This document shows, one piece after another, positions 1 to 14,774 of a stretch of 64,000 bases of DNA (positions are counted from its first letter, which is position 1; the number at the start of each line of letters is the position of its first letter). Below the pieces are notes generated by a model. That model was not told where the DNA came from, searched no databases, and worked only from the letters and a program-made list of their open reading frames with translations. This stretch comes from Chrysomallon squamiferum (taxonomy: Eukaryota; Animalia; Mollusca): positions 15,996,001-16,060,000 of the forward strand of contig CM022668.1 in assembly GCA_012295275.1 (NCBI GenBank), written 5' to 3'. Position numbers and translations under genes: made by a program.

Positions 1-1242
1 TAACATGGACTTATTTTATTTAATTATTTTTGAATATTATTATTATGGACTTATTTTATTTGAATATTATTTTTAAATTTTATTTAAATTTTTTAAACAG
101 TAACAAGAGGGCGAATAAAAATTACTTCTGGAAGCTATTCTGAAAATACACTGCTAGGTTGAAAATTTATTTTTACAAATTCTTTGACTGTTTCATTAAC
201 CAGTGGAGTAAACAGATTACAGAGTCGTTGTTTTCTCATACAAATAATACTTTTGAGACATTCCATCACCTGTTTCAAACTACTTTTAATGTTTTAAATC
301 CAGTTTCAGAAATACAGTATAAGACTAGAATACATATATGTTACAGAATGTTTGTCCATGCGTAAATTTCTGTACATGAATGTAAATATATAGATGTGCA
401 TGCATGCAAGATACAGGTAAGTATAGATAGATAGACATACAATATATATATTTTATATACATATGCATGATATGTATGTGTGTATGTTTGCATATAAATA
501 CAAGGACAGTCTGTGAATGTGAAGTGGCTTTGCTTGTGTGTGTGCAAATGTGTTCTTGTGATGTGTTTGTTCATGTATGCATGGGTAATTGTCAGTATGT
601 GTGAATCTGCCCACCACCAAAACATTAAATGCAACAAGTTGTCACAACTTTTTAAAATACATCTATCCCATCATCCTTTCCACAGAAACTAAAACAAACG
701 AAATAAAAAGATAATAAAATCGGAACTAGTTACAAAATCGAAACATGATTTAAAAATATCCGAATAAAGTTATCTGAAAAATTAGGTCTGAAAACAAACT
801 ACTCTTTAACATGAAACTTAACACTGAAAAAAGACAGAATCAGACTGAAAACAAAATACGAAATTTAAAACCAAATAACTTAGAAGTCTGAACTTGGAAA
901 ATCGTTTTCACATTTAATAACTAAACTTAACGGTGAAAACTATGAAAATATCCCTGAAACATTTCACGTAGAATAAAACACAATCATTAACTGAAAATGT
1001 CACAAATCAGAAAATTATTAACAGTTGATAAAAAAACTTAAAGAAAACAACAAAAAAAAAAGTTAACATGCCTAACTTTTAGTCACATGCATTTCGACTT
1101 GCTTTTTTCATGTTACAACCGACAGAAAATTGACAAAATAATAGAAGTAAGTACGTTTCATTCAAATCCTTCGTTTTTCGACGTTAACAGACTGCAGTGG
1201 TGCTGACATCCGACAGTGATTCAACGACTTGTGCAGCTTCCT

Positions 1243-4200
1243 TCACTTGCGAGGCTGGTTGATGTACATGTTCTGCTGAATGACCGGGGGCCTCTTTTCG
1301 TGCGAAGGCAGCGGCTTATCATGGTAACTCTTAACAGCAGCAGGGGGGAAGTCTTTGTCACCCTAAAAATTATTTTTAAAATTAAAAAAAAAAATTAATA
1401 TCTTCATGCTTATGTGTATGTGTGTGTATGTGTGTGTATGTATGAATGGTGTATCTGTGTGACAGAGACAGAGACTAGCTAGCTAGATAAATAAACATGG
1501 AGCTGTTCAGAGATACAGGTAGGCTGGTAGGTAGAGAGAAAGGTAGATGTGCAGACAGGTAGGTGTTACAGTACTATGACAGATAACAGACAGATTGACA
1601 AAGAAATGTAATACAAAATGTTATTTTATTATCGGTTATTTACAGATTAAAATCAGTTACCTTGGTTACCACGCCAGAGATGAGTATTTGCTGATGATGC
1701 TTGTCTGTTTTGGGTGGACTTTAAATGAAACAGAAAAATTATACAATTTTAGCCTACGTAAACAGTCTGTGTCAGTGTATTCATATATACATAAACATGT
1801 ATACAGTCTTTACACTATTTTGTTCATATCAATTAAATATAAAATTTTCTAACTTATTATACACACAGGGACAGTAAAACACATCAAGGCCAAAATGCAT
1901 ATTAAAGCTAATTTAATAATAAAAGTATATAAAAATAATTTGTCTCTAACTTTTTCAACACACATCCCCCACATATGAATAAGAAAAAATAAATAAGAAA
2001 ACTGAACAACATTCCAAAGTCTTAATAAACAAAATATACTAAAAACAGAAACCAGTGCCTTCTGTTAGAGCAAGGTCCTCCACTGACGATATGAAATTAT
2101 CTGTCATTAGAATAAAATATTTAAAAAAAAACTATTTTATGATATTTTACATAAATAAGATTCCTGAGTCTTAATAAACAAAATATACTAAAAATAAAAC
2201 TTGGAGATCTCTATGAGACAATACCTTCCACTGACTAAACAAAACAGTAAAAAGCAAGACTTATTATAAGACACTGTCATTCATAAATAATGTTTCTGAG
2301 AATTAATAAATCAAATACACTAAAAATTAAAACCAGTGGTCTATCACTGCAAGATCTTCCTCTGTCTAATTTAAATTAGCTGTCAGAATAATAAGGGTAA
2401 AAAAAAAATGATTTTATTATAAACATATTTATATTTAAAGATGTTTTTCTTGTATACACGATTCTCTCTGATTCAAGTTTTTATACCTTTCGCCCAGCTC
2501 GTCTTCTGCTGCTTGTTCAGGGGTCACAGCCTCTGCAGTTTTCTCCCCTGGTGGGACATTCACATGTGCAGTCTTTGTAGCTACCCTCATACCTGCCACT
2601 TTCACTGTCAAACAAAAACACTGTCATTTTAAAACAAATCCATTTTTAACTTCAATCAAACAAAAACACTGTCATTTTAACTTTCACTGCCAAACAAAAA
2701 CACTGTCATTTTAAAACAAATCCATTTTTAACTTTCACTGCCAAACAAAAACACTGTCATTTTAAAAAAAATCCATTTTTAACTTTCACTGTCAAACAAA
2801 AATCATTTTAAAACAAATCCACAATTAACTTTCACTGTCAAACAAAAACACTGTCATTTTAAAACAAATCCATTTTTAACTTTCACTATCAAACAAAAAT
2901 CATTTTAAAACAAATCCATTTTTAACTTTCACTGTCAAACAAAAACACTGTCATTTTAAAACAAATCCATTTTTAACTTTCACTATCAAACAAAAATCAT
3001 TTTAAAACAAATCCATTTTTAACTTTCACTGTCAAACAAAAACACTGTCATTTTAAAACAAATCCATTTTTAACTTTCACTATCAAACAAAAACACTGTC
3101 ATTTTAAAACAAATCCATTTTTAACTTTCACTATCAAACAAAACCACTGTCATTTTAAAACAAATCCATTTTTAACTTTCACTGTCAAACAAAAACACTG
3201 TCATTTTAAAACAAATCCATTTTTAACTTTCACTATCAAACAAAACCACTGTCATTTTAAAACAAATCCATTTTTAACTTTCACTGTCAAACAAAAACAC
3301 TGTTGTTTTAAAACAAATCCATTTTTAACTTTCACTTTCATTGTCAAACAAAAATATGTCATTATAAAATGCATCCTTCTTACAATTTCACTATAACACA
3401 AAGATGTTATTTTTAAACAACTGATTTTTATGCTTTAAATATCAAACAAAATGCCTTCGTTAAAAAATGTACCCCGTTTATACAATTACACAATCAAACA
3501 AAAACACTGTAATTATAAAATGTATCCTTCTACTCTTACTTCTACTGTACAACAAAAAATACCATAATAATTTAATATATTTCTAATGGTTAGTCCTATC
3601 CAAATAAAGTAACCACAATTAGTATTTTTGTGCTTTTTAGCTTTACCATATGAAAACAAAGCCAAAATAAAGTAGCAGAGAAAAATAAAATTCTGACAAG
3701 ATGTTAAAAATTTTGGACATTTACTCCTGTCAAGTAATGGTTAAATTTATATTTTATGTTCTATATCAAAAATATATACCTCAATTTATTGTGAATGTAA
3801 TAATTTTTTTTATTAACAGTTCGTTGGAGTTGTTTATTTCGTTTCTTTTTAAATGTTTATAATTAATGCAAGCTTGCCAAAATATTTATGGTTTGTTAAT
3901 GCTGTTTGTTCCTTGTCAAAGACTGTGAAACTATCAATGTTAATTTTTTTTTTTTTATTCATGTTTTTAATTTTAAACATTCAACATAATCAGTTTAATT
4001 CAGTCAAGAAAAATAAACATGATAATTAAAATTATATTAATAATAATAGTAATAACATTTACTTCTTCTAAAATAAATAATGTTTCTAATCTAGCACGCA
4101 TTGGCCAATAGCTTTGGTACAACAAAACTAATAAATAATTAAAAATAATAAAGATTAATTGGTCTGAATTTATATACGTGTAAACTGATCGATATGGCTA

Positions 4201-4405
4201 TTTATAATTGAAAAAAAAAAAAAAAAAAACAGAATAAATGTGTGACTGGCGTACAGTCTATAAAGTTCAAGCTGCACAATATTGACGAAAATAAAGAAGA
4301 CAAAATTCATATTAATAAGCTAATAATGCATGACATTCAAGTACCTGCAGGCGCATGGCCTCCTTTTAGTTCAGCATCATCGTTAGTATTTGCTACGGAA
4401 GACAT
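1243..4405 (-). CDS. DAP1: Death-associated protein 1 (DAP1/DAP-like), 4 exons, about 118 aa
   Basis: Exons 4405-4345, 2604-2487, 1718-1661 and 1362-1243 have GT-AG boundaries and a continuous frame: MSSVANTNDDAELKGGHAPAVKVAGMRVATK...SPPKTDKHHQQILISGVVTKGDKDFPPAAVKSYHDKPLPSHEKRPPVIQQNMYINQPRK*. This matches the DAP family motifs K(A/G)GHxPAVKxxGMR, ISGxxxxGDKDFPPAA and terminal IxQPRK. Confidence 0.93.
2597..3355. repeat. Tandem minisatellite, about 51-bp unit (about 45-bp variants), about 15 copies, abutting DAP1 exon 2
   Basis: Unit aactttcactgtcaaacaaaaacactgtcattttaaaacaaatccattttt, with copies starting for example at 3021 and 3072. The first copy overlaps the exon-2 splice acceptor. Confidence 0.93.
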
Positions 4406-7329
4406 GGCTGTTGCGAATTTGCGAAAAGTGTAGTTATTTGTTGTAAACAAAAACACCTGCTAAGCTTTGCCACCTCGATGGGTAATACGTTGCAGTTTGT
4501 GTGGCATGCGCCAGACGAATACATTAATCGGATATCTTCGTCAAATTCCGGCCATTTCTTTTTCTCTTGAACTAGCATTTCCGAATTGAACAATTTCCTA
4601 CCCGACAAACTTCGAAAACCAATCAAATTATCATCACGATGTATTTTATTTAAAGCAGTGACGTGGAATATATTTTAAAATATTTTATTTAAAATGATTA
4701 CGTAGAACATATTCTAGATTACATAAAATATTTGTATATAAATTCAAATTTTGATTTCTGTGTTTTGTATTTTCAATTCACTGATTATAAAATATGTAGC
4801 CTATCCCGGTATCCGCTCTTCATGACTAAATCAAAAACAATTGCCGGAAACATCGAGTACACGCACATGCTATTATAAGCCACAGAGTCACACGAATTGC
4901 AAATTAATTTACAGACCTATGCCCGCTATGGTGTTAAAAATTAAATTGCATAAATAAATATGAAGAAAAAACAAACAAACAAAAAAAAAACATTATTAAT
5001 TAACGATGACAATGCGAAATGAAAAACTCGGTTGTTGACAAATGTATTGACCTTCTGATATAAAATGTGTTAAATTATTTATCTATTTTTATAATGTTAT
5101 ATTTACTGCCATCGGCGCCTTCCACAAATAAGTCAAAAGGTGCATTTATCAGCGTCTCTATTAAAATGTATATCAGTATAATTATTATTTAATATAATTT
5201 AAATAAAATAGAAATAGAAGATAGGGGATCGTCATAACTTGGAACTAGGAACACCGTGATATCATATCTAATGACGAACACGGAACAGCGACATAACTTG
5301 CCGAGGTGCATCTGAAAAGGAGGAACATACCAGAAAGAAAATAGTTCCATTGCATTATGCGATATACGAACAAGAGTACAGAAGTGATGCATTTATATTT
5401 TTGATCAATGGAGATATTTCATGTCTTTAAAAGTATGTTTATCAGAACTTCGCGTTTCTAAACAACATACATGTATATTTAATTTTATTTATTTATTTAC
5501 ACAAGTAATAAACATTATTTTTGTTATACTTAATTATTAATAACCCATATAAGGCATATTTAAGAGAATAGATATTTATTTCATCATTTCATGTCACTTT
5601 ATGCGTGTGTGTGTGTGTGATGATTAATATATTGTGCTAGTTCTATGCTTTTTTCTAATTTTTCGTCTTAAGTTTTCACTCCAGTATTTATTTTGTTTGT
5701 TTATTTATTATTTTAACAACGACCGATTTTGTATCTATTTTATCTTGTTTGTATTATGACCTAAAACTTTACTTTGAATGATTAATTTGCTTTTCCCAGG
5801 TATGTTCTTTAATTGGTGAAATATTTGTCACCCAAACTGCGCTCTCTCTCTCTCTCTCTCTTCTCACACATACATACATACACTACACACATGCACACAC
5901 ACAATTAAATTAGAACAAACTAAATAATATTTATTGTCATCTCCTCACCAGAAATAAATTTTTTGATCTGAACACTATTTTTTATTTGCCCCCACATTAA
6001 AAACCCCAACAAAACAATATATAAAGGTTTTAAAACCTTTTTTTTTATATATATACATATATGTATATATATAAACATTATAAAGGAAAACATAATTAAC
6101 AGCAGTGTATTTTAATAATATATTAAAGTAAAATACATGAAAAGAAAGTAAGAAATGACAGGAGTATTACAGCCAGTACTACACCATTTGATAATTAATA
6201 AATTCATACTAAAAATATTTGGCAGTTATTTTATGCTAATGCAACAACCATGAAAATAAACTGAAGACATGTACACACTTTAAAAAGCATTAAATACACA
6301 AATTAATAATTTGTTAAAGAATTATTGTTATAAAAAACAAGAAAATTTACAGGACATGAAAAATGAAAAAAAAAAAAAGAGAAAAGAATAGTAAATAAAA
6401 GAATCAGTGTGATACATCTAATACTATGTCATTTATCAAACAGTGGAAATTTAAAATTTAAAACATTTGGCAGTTACATAATGCCTATGTAAGAACCATG
6501 AAAATAAACTCAAAGTGTTCACTCCAGCTGAATGAAAACTAACAGTTCTGGGTTGCCTTGATTTATACATATAAACATTACAAAAGAAATAAAAATAATA
6601 TATTAAGAATTAAAACTAATAGTAATAAAAATAAATAAATAAATAAATTAAAGATTAAATTCCTCGTTACTGTGTATGTTGTACTGATTAATTGGTAAAC
6701 AAAAATTTAAAAATTCTGATTTATAATTTACTTGCACATTATTTACGGCCATCAACAAACACAAAATAGTTAAAAATAATAAAAAGCAAATTAATAATTT
6801 AGTTTTCTTTGATTTTAATTATTGATGTATGTAATGTTACACAAGAAAAAATAATGATCATCTGCAATAATTTCAAGTTCATTTCATAATGCATTAGAAG
6901 TCAAAGAGTAAGAAAATAAATTAAAAAGTAATAGTACCATTAGAATTATGTCATTGATTAACTGATTCAAGATTATTATTTTAACATTTGTTCTGGAACA
7001 ATACTTACTAACATGAACATTTTCTCTTTTTGGAAATCTCATAAACTGTGTTTAACAGATGCATACAGTTAACACAACAGATATCATAAAATATCTGATA
7101 AAAAATAATGACAAAAAATAAAGTACAGAGTAACTTAAGAAATTACACTTAAATTCTTCAATCATCTCAAAACTGGATATATTTATCAGAAAATCTTTTA
7201 TCATTTTCTGTGAAAATAACTGTTGATTATTATTGTAGTTTATTCAAAATTGTCTTATTTTTCTTCATGAGATTTAAACCTTTCATTCTGTCATCTTGAA
7301 CCTTATTCCTGTAAATGAACTTTAAATTT

Positions 7330-8480
7330 ATTTCTTCAGTTAGGCCCACTGCATGTTGTTATTCTAAACATTATATTCGTTTTTTTATAAGCTAGCCAAA
7401 ACATTTACTTATTTATTCATATAGGTCTGCTGCATGTTGTTTATTTTAAACATTGTTTTATTATCAATTTTCTTTTTGCTACATTTACTTATTTATTCAT
7501 GTAGGTCTGCTGCATGTTGTTATTATCAACATTATTATATTCACTGTTTTTATTATATTTTTATAAGCTAGCCAAAACAGTTGCATTTTTCTTCACACAG
7601 GTCCAGTGGCTGAGGTTATTTTAAACTTTATTATATTTGTTCTTTGCAAGCTAGCCCTATATTTGTTATATATGTCCAATGCATGCTGTTAAACAGTGTC
7701 ATAACTGTTCTTATTTGTTATATACGTCCAATGCATGCTGTTAAACAGTGTCAAGCTAAACAGAACAGTTGCTTATTTCTTCATACGGGTCCAGGGCTGT
7801 TATTTTGAAATTATTATCTTTCTTGTCCTAAAGTAACCATAATGATTTCTTGTTCATAAAGCATTCTGTTATTTCAGATATTACTGTTTTGTTCTTGACA
7901 ATGAATCAACAATGTTCTTGTAATTATTACAACCATGCTGGCCTCTTTGATGTTCTTATGTCGTGATATCGTCAGTAACATCATTTTGTTGTTCTGTACT
8001 GATCACCCAAGTCCTTGGTCTTCACAGAGGTTGAGAATGAGCTGTTGTCCTTGAATATTACAATGTTGTCATAATTATTACAACCACAACAATGGCTGTG
8101 ATTTCAAATATCATCATATCATCTTAACATCATTGCTGTTTGTATTGTCCATTTTAGTTTAAGTGTATTTTTTTTTCGTACAGATCCAAAGTATGTTTTT
8201 ATATTAAATATTATAAGGTTGCCATAGTTATTATTATCACGATACTGTCTTTGGTATTCATGTATCTGGTTATCATCTGCAACATCATTTTTGTTTTATA
8301 TTGATCATCTTAGTCTTTTTTTTTCGGTTTCCTTCTTTTTTCTCTTCATTTTTGTCCTTACACTGCTGCAACCACAATTATTAGAACTACTGCGGTATCT
8401 TTGATGTTTTTACATGTTTTAATATCATCTGCATCATCAGTTTGTTGTTCTCTATTGAACATCTTAGTGTTTGGTTTTCA
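7330..8480. repeat. Degenerate tandem duplications downstream of the innexin stop (3' UTR or intergenic)
   Basis: Recurring blocks such as acatttacttatttattcat(a/g)taggtctgctgcatgttgtt (7401, 7480), atttgttatata(t/c)gtccaatgcatgctgttaaacagtgtc (7661, 7713) and (a)acatcattt(t)tgtt...gatcatcttag. Confidence 0.55.
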
Positions 8481-9065
8481 CATAGGTCCAAGTCATACTG
8501 TCTTTTTGTATGGAACAGACTTTCTTGCTAATATGGCATGAGGTGAGCTGACAGGTTATTTTCTTGTTTTATGTTAACCACAATAGTGTCATACTCCCTC
8601 CAACACCTGCTGTAATTTTAAACAGTATGTAAATGTGTTATGTTAATGCAGCCATATCTGCCTTGAGTCATTTTGAACCTATTTATGTTTTTTCTCATAA
8701 CTTAATCATTGTCTCATTTCATTATACAGGATAGATTATTCTATCATTATTTGTTTTTATAATTTAACTCCAAATCTTTATTTGGTTCAAGATATACTGT
8801 AATATTGAACATGATTACATTTTTGTAAATCTTTACGTCTTCATTGAACAGGTTGTCACCTTGGACGTTGTTAATTGTTTAGCAAAATTTTGACCACACA
8901 GTATCTTTTTTATTCATTTGACTGAAAAGAATGCTGATGTTGATGAATATTAAATTTGTAGTCATAAATTAAGGAAAACAGTTCTCACGTGTTCATTTTT
9001 GTCAAAAGTATGCTGTAAGTCTGAACTCAATTGTTTTATTGTGTATGTAAAAACAGAGATGTCTC

Positions 9066-10851
9066 TTATTTCTTCATTCGTGTTGAAAGCATGCTCTCAT
9101 CCTGAACATTATTGTGTTTGTTTTTGTAAATTAGCCACAATAGACGAATTACATCAGAAAACAGAATTTCACTGGAATTCTTCACGATCAGTCTCAGAAC
9201 AAAAATTCCGTCATCTCGGAGGTACTGGTCGGCAAATTTCTTCGCCAGTTTTTTATCAACTTCTCCGTGAAAAGCATCAATCTCTTTGAGATGTTTTTTC
9301 ACAAACCTGCTGCGATTGTTCTGAACAAACGACAGCCACATCCAGATCAGTAAATTCCATACCGTTACCGTGGAGACGAGCAAAAACCAAAACCAGAGAA
9401 AGATGAAGATTTTTTCATTGAAAAGGTTGTAAGGCAGAACACACTGCACTGTTTTCCTTTGTATGTTGTTCAGCTGGCGAATGTCGAAATCACAGAGCGT
9501 CACTTTAGGAAAACGCCTCGACTCTGCCCACGAACGCTCCTTCAAAAGACACGAAATGATTTCAAATCCATACAAACTGTACCACTCTCCAAGAAAAGCG
9601 TTGAGCAGAAAAAACTGACCCACGACGTTGGTTACGTACAGAAGCTTTATGAGAATATAGAGCCCGGTTAGATAGGTCCCCGCACGTTTCTGACAGAAAA
9701 AACAACAACACTTAGAAAAGCGCTGACGCAGTCGAACGAAGCAGTTCCAGTGGTACTGTCTGTTCACCTCCAGCCATCTGTCGATGTATTGTGCTATGTG
9801 TTTTGTCGTCTCTTCTCGTTTTTCTGGAGAACTCAGCTGCAGTTCTGTGACAATGTTTATAATCTTTTCTAAACTGATACCAGAATTCGTACTCAGCAGA
9901 CGCCATAGCACGGCAGGTAACTTAAAGAGGAAAGCCATGAATAAGAGAATCACAGGCACCCACTGGTAGTAGGGCAGCTGCTCTTTCTCTCTCTGCAAAT
10001 GATCGTCTGGGATTCCTTCGTGTATCGGAACATAGTACGTGCCATTCACCCAGCATATTGATTTAGTAAATGCCACCATAGATGGTGAGAAGTGAGCAGG
10101 ACACCAGCATTCGATAGGATTTCCAAAAAACTGTCCTCCACTGACAAACACAGCAAAAAGAGCAAGCATGACGACAGTGTAGAGGTGATTCAACCTGTCA
10201 GCCCAGTCATCATCTTGGCTTGAGCGGAGCTTGGAAAATGTTGCAAATCCTCCTAGAATATAGCTGACACTGAAATATTTTATTAAGAAAATAATTTTAA
10301 AAAAAAACAATTAAATTTAACTGAAAAGAATTAAAGTTTCAAAACTGTTTCAACTTTACCCAGGATGTGATTATTAACACTGAGTCACAGCTTGTTTAGA
10401 AATCATGAATTACTTCACACTATGGATACATTATAATAAACACAAATCATTGAATATATCACACACAGCATATCGTAACAACTCTGCCAGATAATTATAA
10501 ATTCATCACTCAGATCTCTGTTTTGCAATTCAGTAAAATGGTTTTACCGGTAAAGTGTAAAAGTTGTGTGTAATCTGGCGAGAAATATGAATCCAAAATG
10601 TCCTCTCTTTAATCAGAATGAAAAAGTGAATCCCTTATGGGCCTCGTTTGTTATCTTATAATTCCTTTTCATAACCCATCCCACTGTTTGCCCGTAAATT
10701 ACCTTTGAACAAGGTAACTTCTAAAACACGTTGCATTAAGTTTTTAATTGTATTCTCAGATCATTAATATAAAGCGAAAATCTACTGTATTTCTGTAACA
10801 ACTAAAATAAACTACCGTAATTAAATAAAAATAATTTAATACTTACGACAT
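9066..10851 (-). CDS. Innexin (invertebrate gap-junction protein), about 402 aa
   Basis: Coding exon 1 is 10851-10847 (ATGTC|gtaagt) and exon 2 is 10269-9066, giving MSVSYILGGFATF. Innexin hallmarks present: DDxxDRLNHxYT, GNPIECWCPAHF, CWVNGTY, YYQWVP, FPKVTLCDF, VQCVLPxNLFNEKIFIFLWFW, YLRxDGIFVLRL, and four TM segments. A probable non-coding exon lies at about 11554-11704 (ttccag...cag|gtaagg on -). Confidence 0.96.
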
Positions 10852-12326
10852 TATGATTATTCGAGATTATGGTCAGTTTGAATTGACTCCGTTTTAACTG
10901 AAATAATTAAACATATATATATAAAAAATAACATTAACAAACAAACAGATTATTACATAATTTTACGGAAAGCGTGATACGTACTTACAATAAATACTTC
11001 GATAGTCATAATGTATGCCAGTTCAAATAAATATTAATATCAAATTTAAATTTCTTGGCCTTTCTCTTTTTCAAAAGGAGTTCAGAAAAAGCTGCATCAT
11101 TAAATCAGTTTTTTAAAACATTTTTATACCATCCTAAAAGTAATGAATAAATTTAAAAAATGACAACGAACCAATATGTGTAGTCGAAAATAAGTAATGT
11201 ACGAAAATAGGTTAAAATATAAATTCGAAGACGTATTTATTATTTATCCACTTCAAATTGCAAAAAATAAAAGCAACTAATTAAAAAATGTTTATATATA
11301 TTTATTTAAAGTTTTAATTTTATATTAACATAATAATTATGATTAAGCAGTTTCAGTTTTAAACTTCTGGGTCAACAAACTTTGTTTTCCTGAAGTTTTC
11401 CCCGCACGAATTTTGTTAATTCATTTCTGAAAAAAGGAAAACAGACGAAAATTCATTTACTACGGATACAAAAATTAAAGGTTTAAAATTTAAAATGTAT
11501 TTCCTAAAACCATAAGCTAGATTCCTCCCCCAAAAAGCTACCTGAAACCTTACCTGCTATCCACGTGGTGATTTGCGGATAAATATCGGCATCAGATGCT
11601 TTTATTTTTTATATTTTGGACATGCGCGGTGCGATGTATTTATGGAATTTCTGCAACCAATTTCTGAGCGCAGTACTGACCAGGTCGCCGAAGTAACGAA
11701 GGATCTGGAACAATAGATAACTCGATGACAAATTATGAAAAATGAGAGAGAAAACAAATATAATAATAATGAATAAAAATGTTTTAATGTATAACAATGA
11801 ACAGCAAGGGGTATTCGAGGTCAGAAAACAACACTGCAGTTTTATATTACAGAAATTTCTTATTACAGTTGTGCCTCTAAGTTATTGTTACATACCTGAA
11901 GAAGAACTGAAATTGTTCGATATTCCAAGCATTTCATTTTTTCATTTGTTTAATGCGTACGTTTGTGTATAAAACTTCATATAATTTTTGTAGCGTGTAT
12001 ACTGCACAACATCTTTTAACAAATTAACAAAATAATATATCTGTAATATATAACAAAATAAAATAAAATATATTCACATGCATATCGTTTTATCTAAAAG
12101 AGTCACAAATTATAATTTTATTAACTTTAACTGAGCAAAAATCTATTTACTTCTTTGATTTATCATTAGGACTATTTTAAAAATTCAACTAACACACACA
12201 AAAAAAAAAAAAAAATAAAGGAACTTAATTTGTAAAACATCTAAACAGGTTAAAACTAGTTGGAGCTGCCTGGAGCTAGTTGTACTTACAGTCTTTCTTT
12301 CTCATTATTTTCTTTTTCTTTTAAAT

Positions 12327-12357
<31 letters not shown>

Positions 12358-13092
12358 TTAAATTTTATATTATTTATCTATTTTCTCGTGGGTGTGTGTG
12401 TGTGTGTGCGATTTTCCAATTATCTTTTAAAAATAAAATAAAATAAGATAAAATAAACGATTATGAGCGTTTGTTAATGTCTGTTGTAAAAACTGTGCAC
12501 TTTATAAATTATTTCACTAACCGGCACCCTGGAACATAACAATGGCCTTGTAGTAATTCTTTTTCCAGTTTATCATGATAATGATTATTTTATTTATTTA
12601 TTTTAATTTTCCGTTATACTTTTATTTCAGAAATGTATTAAAACTATTTAAAACTGCAGCAACAACAACAACAACAACATAATAATGATGATGATAATGA
12701 AAATAAATGAAACTTTTCAGGATCTGTCCTAATTTTGAATAGTTTTTCATCTTTCTTGAAACAAAATCTAGTGATTCTAAGCAAAAAAAAAAAAAAAAAA
12801 AAAAAAATAAATAAATAAATAAATAAATAAATAAACAAACAACAAAACAGCAACAACAACAAAAAACCAACAAAATAACAGCACAAAGAAAATCTCTTAG
12901 AAGTTAATTTATTTGACTCTTTGACATTATATATTTTAATTCGTTCTTTGAATATCGGTCGGTTGGTAACGACGAACACTTCTGGTTAACAAGACACATT
13001 GTTTTGTACACGTAAGCACTTCCAAGTGTACCATGTGCACTAAAATAAAGATTTACTTTGCAGGCGTTGTGTTACTGATATGATTTCATTAA

Positions 13093-13163
<71 letters not shown>

Positions 13164-13820
13164 AACCATGCAGATAACAGTGATATACATCCACAGACGA
13201 ATAAGTGAATCATCGCACACATACGCACATACACACACACACACACACATATACACACAGACCTGTTCAACTACCAGGAATAGAAAACAAATTCTTGGAA
13301 ATCTTAAACTAATCAGGAACGTAATGCGAGTCGATATCTGAAAACAATATGTTGTGTTTGGGTTTAATTACAAACATGGCGGACATTTCGTGTTATATAA
13401 AATAAAGAAAGTTTATCACTGGACATTAGTATTGTGGAAACACTGTACAAATACATAGCAGAACTATTAGAATTTAAAAAAATAATAATATTATAAAATA
13501 AAAGAAACAGAAACAGAAAGAGAAAAGAACAACAGTGAAATATTTTTGTAAGTATTAATTCTTGGTTCATTTTTAATTTTGGTGTTTATGTCCATTTATA
13601 CGTGAGTAACGTGCGTATGTCTGCTCGTGGGTGAACGTTATTAAAATGTTAATTTTTATTTTTAAACAAACTTTATTATAATTATCTGTTTTCACTAGAA
13701 TATGTCTACTTTGATATGTTTGTGTATGAGTAATTGTCCCAAGACTACATTGTATTTTAAACCTGACATTTTATTTTATCAGAATCAAGTTTTATTTTTA
13801 GAATTTAGTTCAGATCGAAA

Positions 13821-14730
13821 ATGGCGACGCAGAAAACTGTTTGCGTTATTGGTGCTGGGATTTCCGGACTGGTATCAGTCAAGTCTTGTCTGGAAGAAGG
13901 CATGAAACCTTTCTGTTTTGAACAACACAGTGATATCGGTGAGACTAAAAATTTTATCTACCACTAAACCTGATACTTGGTTGTTTCTTTGGCCTGATCC
14001 AAAACCTAATTGGTTACGGGATCAAATGTCTACGATACCTCTTTGAAGTATTTCTAGATCAACTAATGAATGTTTAAACGTTTTATAATTAATTTTGAAA
14101 GAATCTGTTAGCTTAGATGTGTGTTAAAACTCGTTAATGTATACATATATACTACTTTAGACATTCATTAGTTGAAACAAATAATATTGCCATGAATTTC
14201 CCTGTGTTTAGGAGGAGTATGGTACAATACAGACGAACTAAGGGTTGGACAGGGCCCGCGTGTCTACGACAATCTTCTCACTAATTCTAGCAAAGACATG
14301 ATGTGTTTTAGTGACTTCCCTTACCCCAGAGACTGTCCTCCTTACCTCACCTGTCAGATGGTTCACACCTATCTCCACGATTACGCCGATCATTTTCAGC
14401 TCAAAAATTACATCGAGTTTAATACGACAATAGTCAAAGTGAGTAAGGCGGGAGATTACGAAGCGACCGGAAAATGGGACGTTTTGACGGAAAATGCCGA
14501 AGGTGATTTGACTTCGTTTAACTTCGACTTTGTAATGGTGTGTTCCGGATTTTATAAAATTCCTCGTTTTCCGAAAATAGATGGATTGGAACAGTTCGAA
14601 GGATTCAAAACTCACAGCCAGACTTTCAAAACAGGAGAGATATATAAAGATAAAAATATTCTCGTGGTCGGTAAGTGATCTATTTAAAAAAAAATAAAAA
14701 TAAAAATAAAAAAAAAAAAAACCCTCTTTA

Positions 14731-14774
<44 letters not shown>

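Noticed and set aside
14238-14615. 125-aa minus-strand ORF
   Set aside because: Antisense shadow of FMO exon 2.
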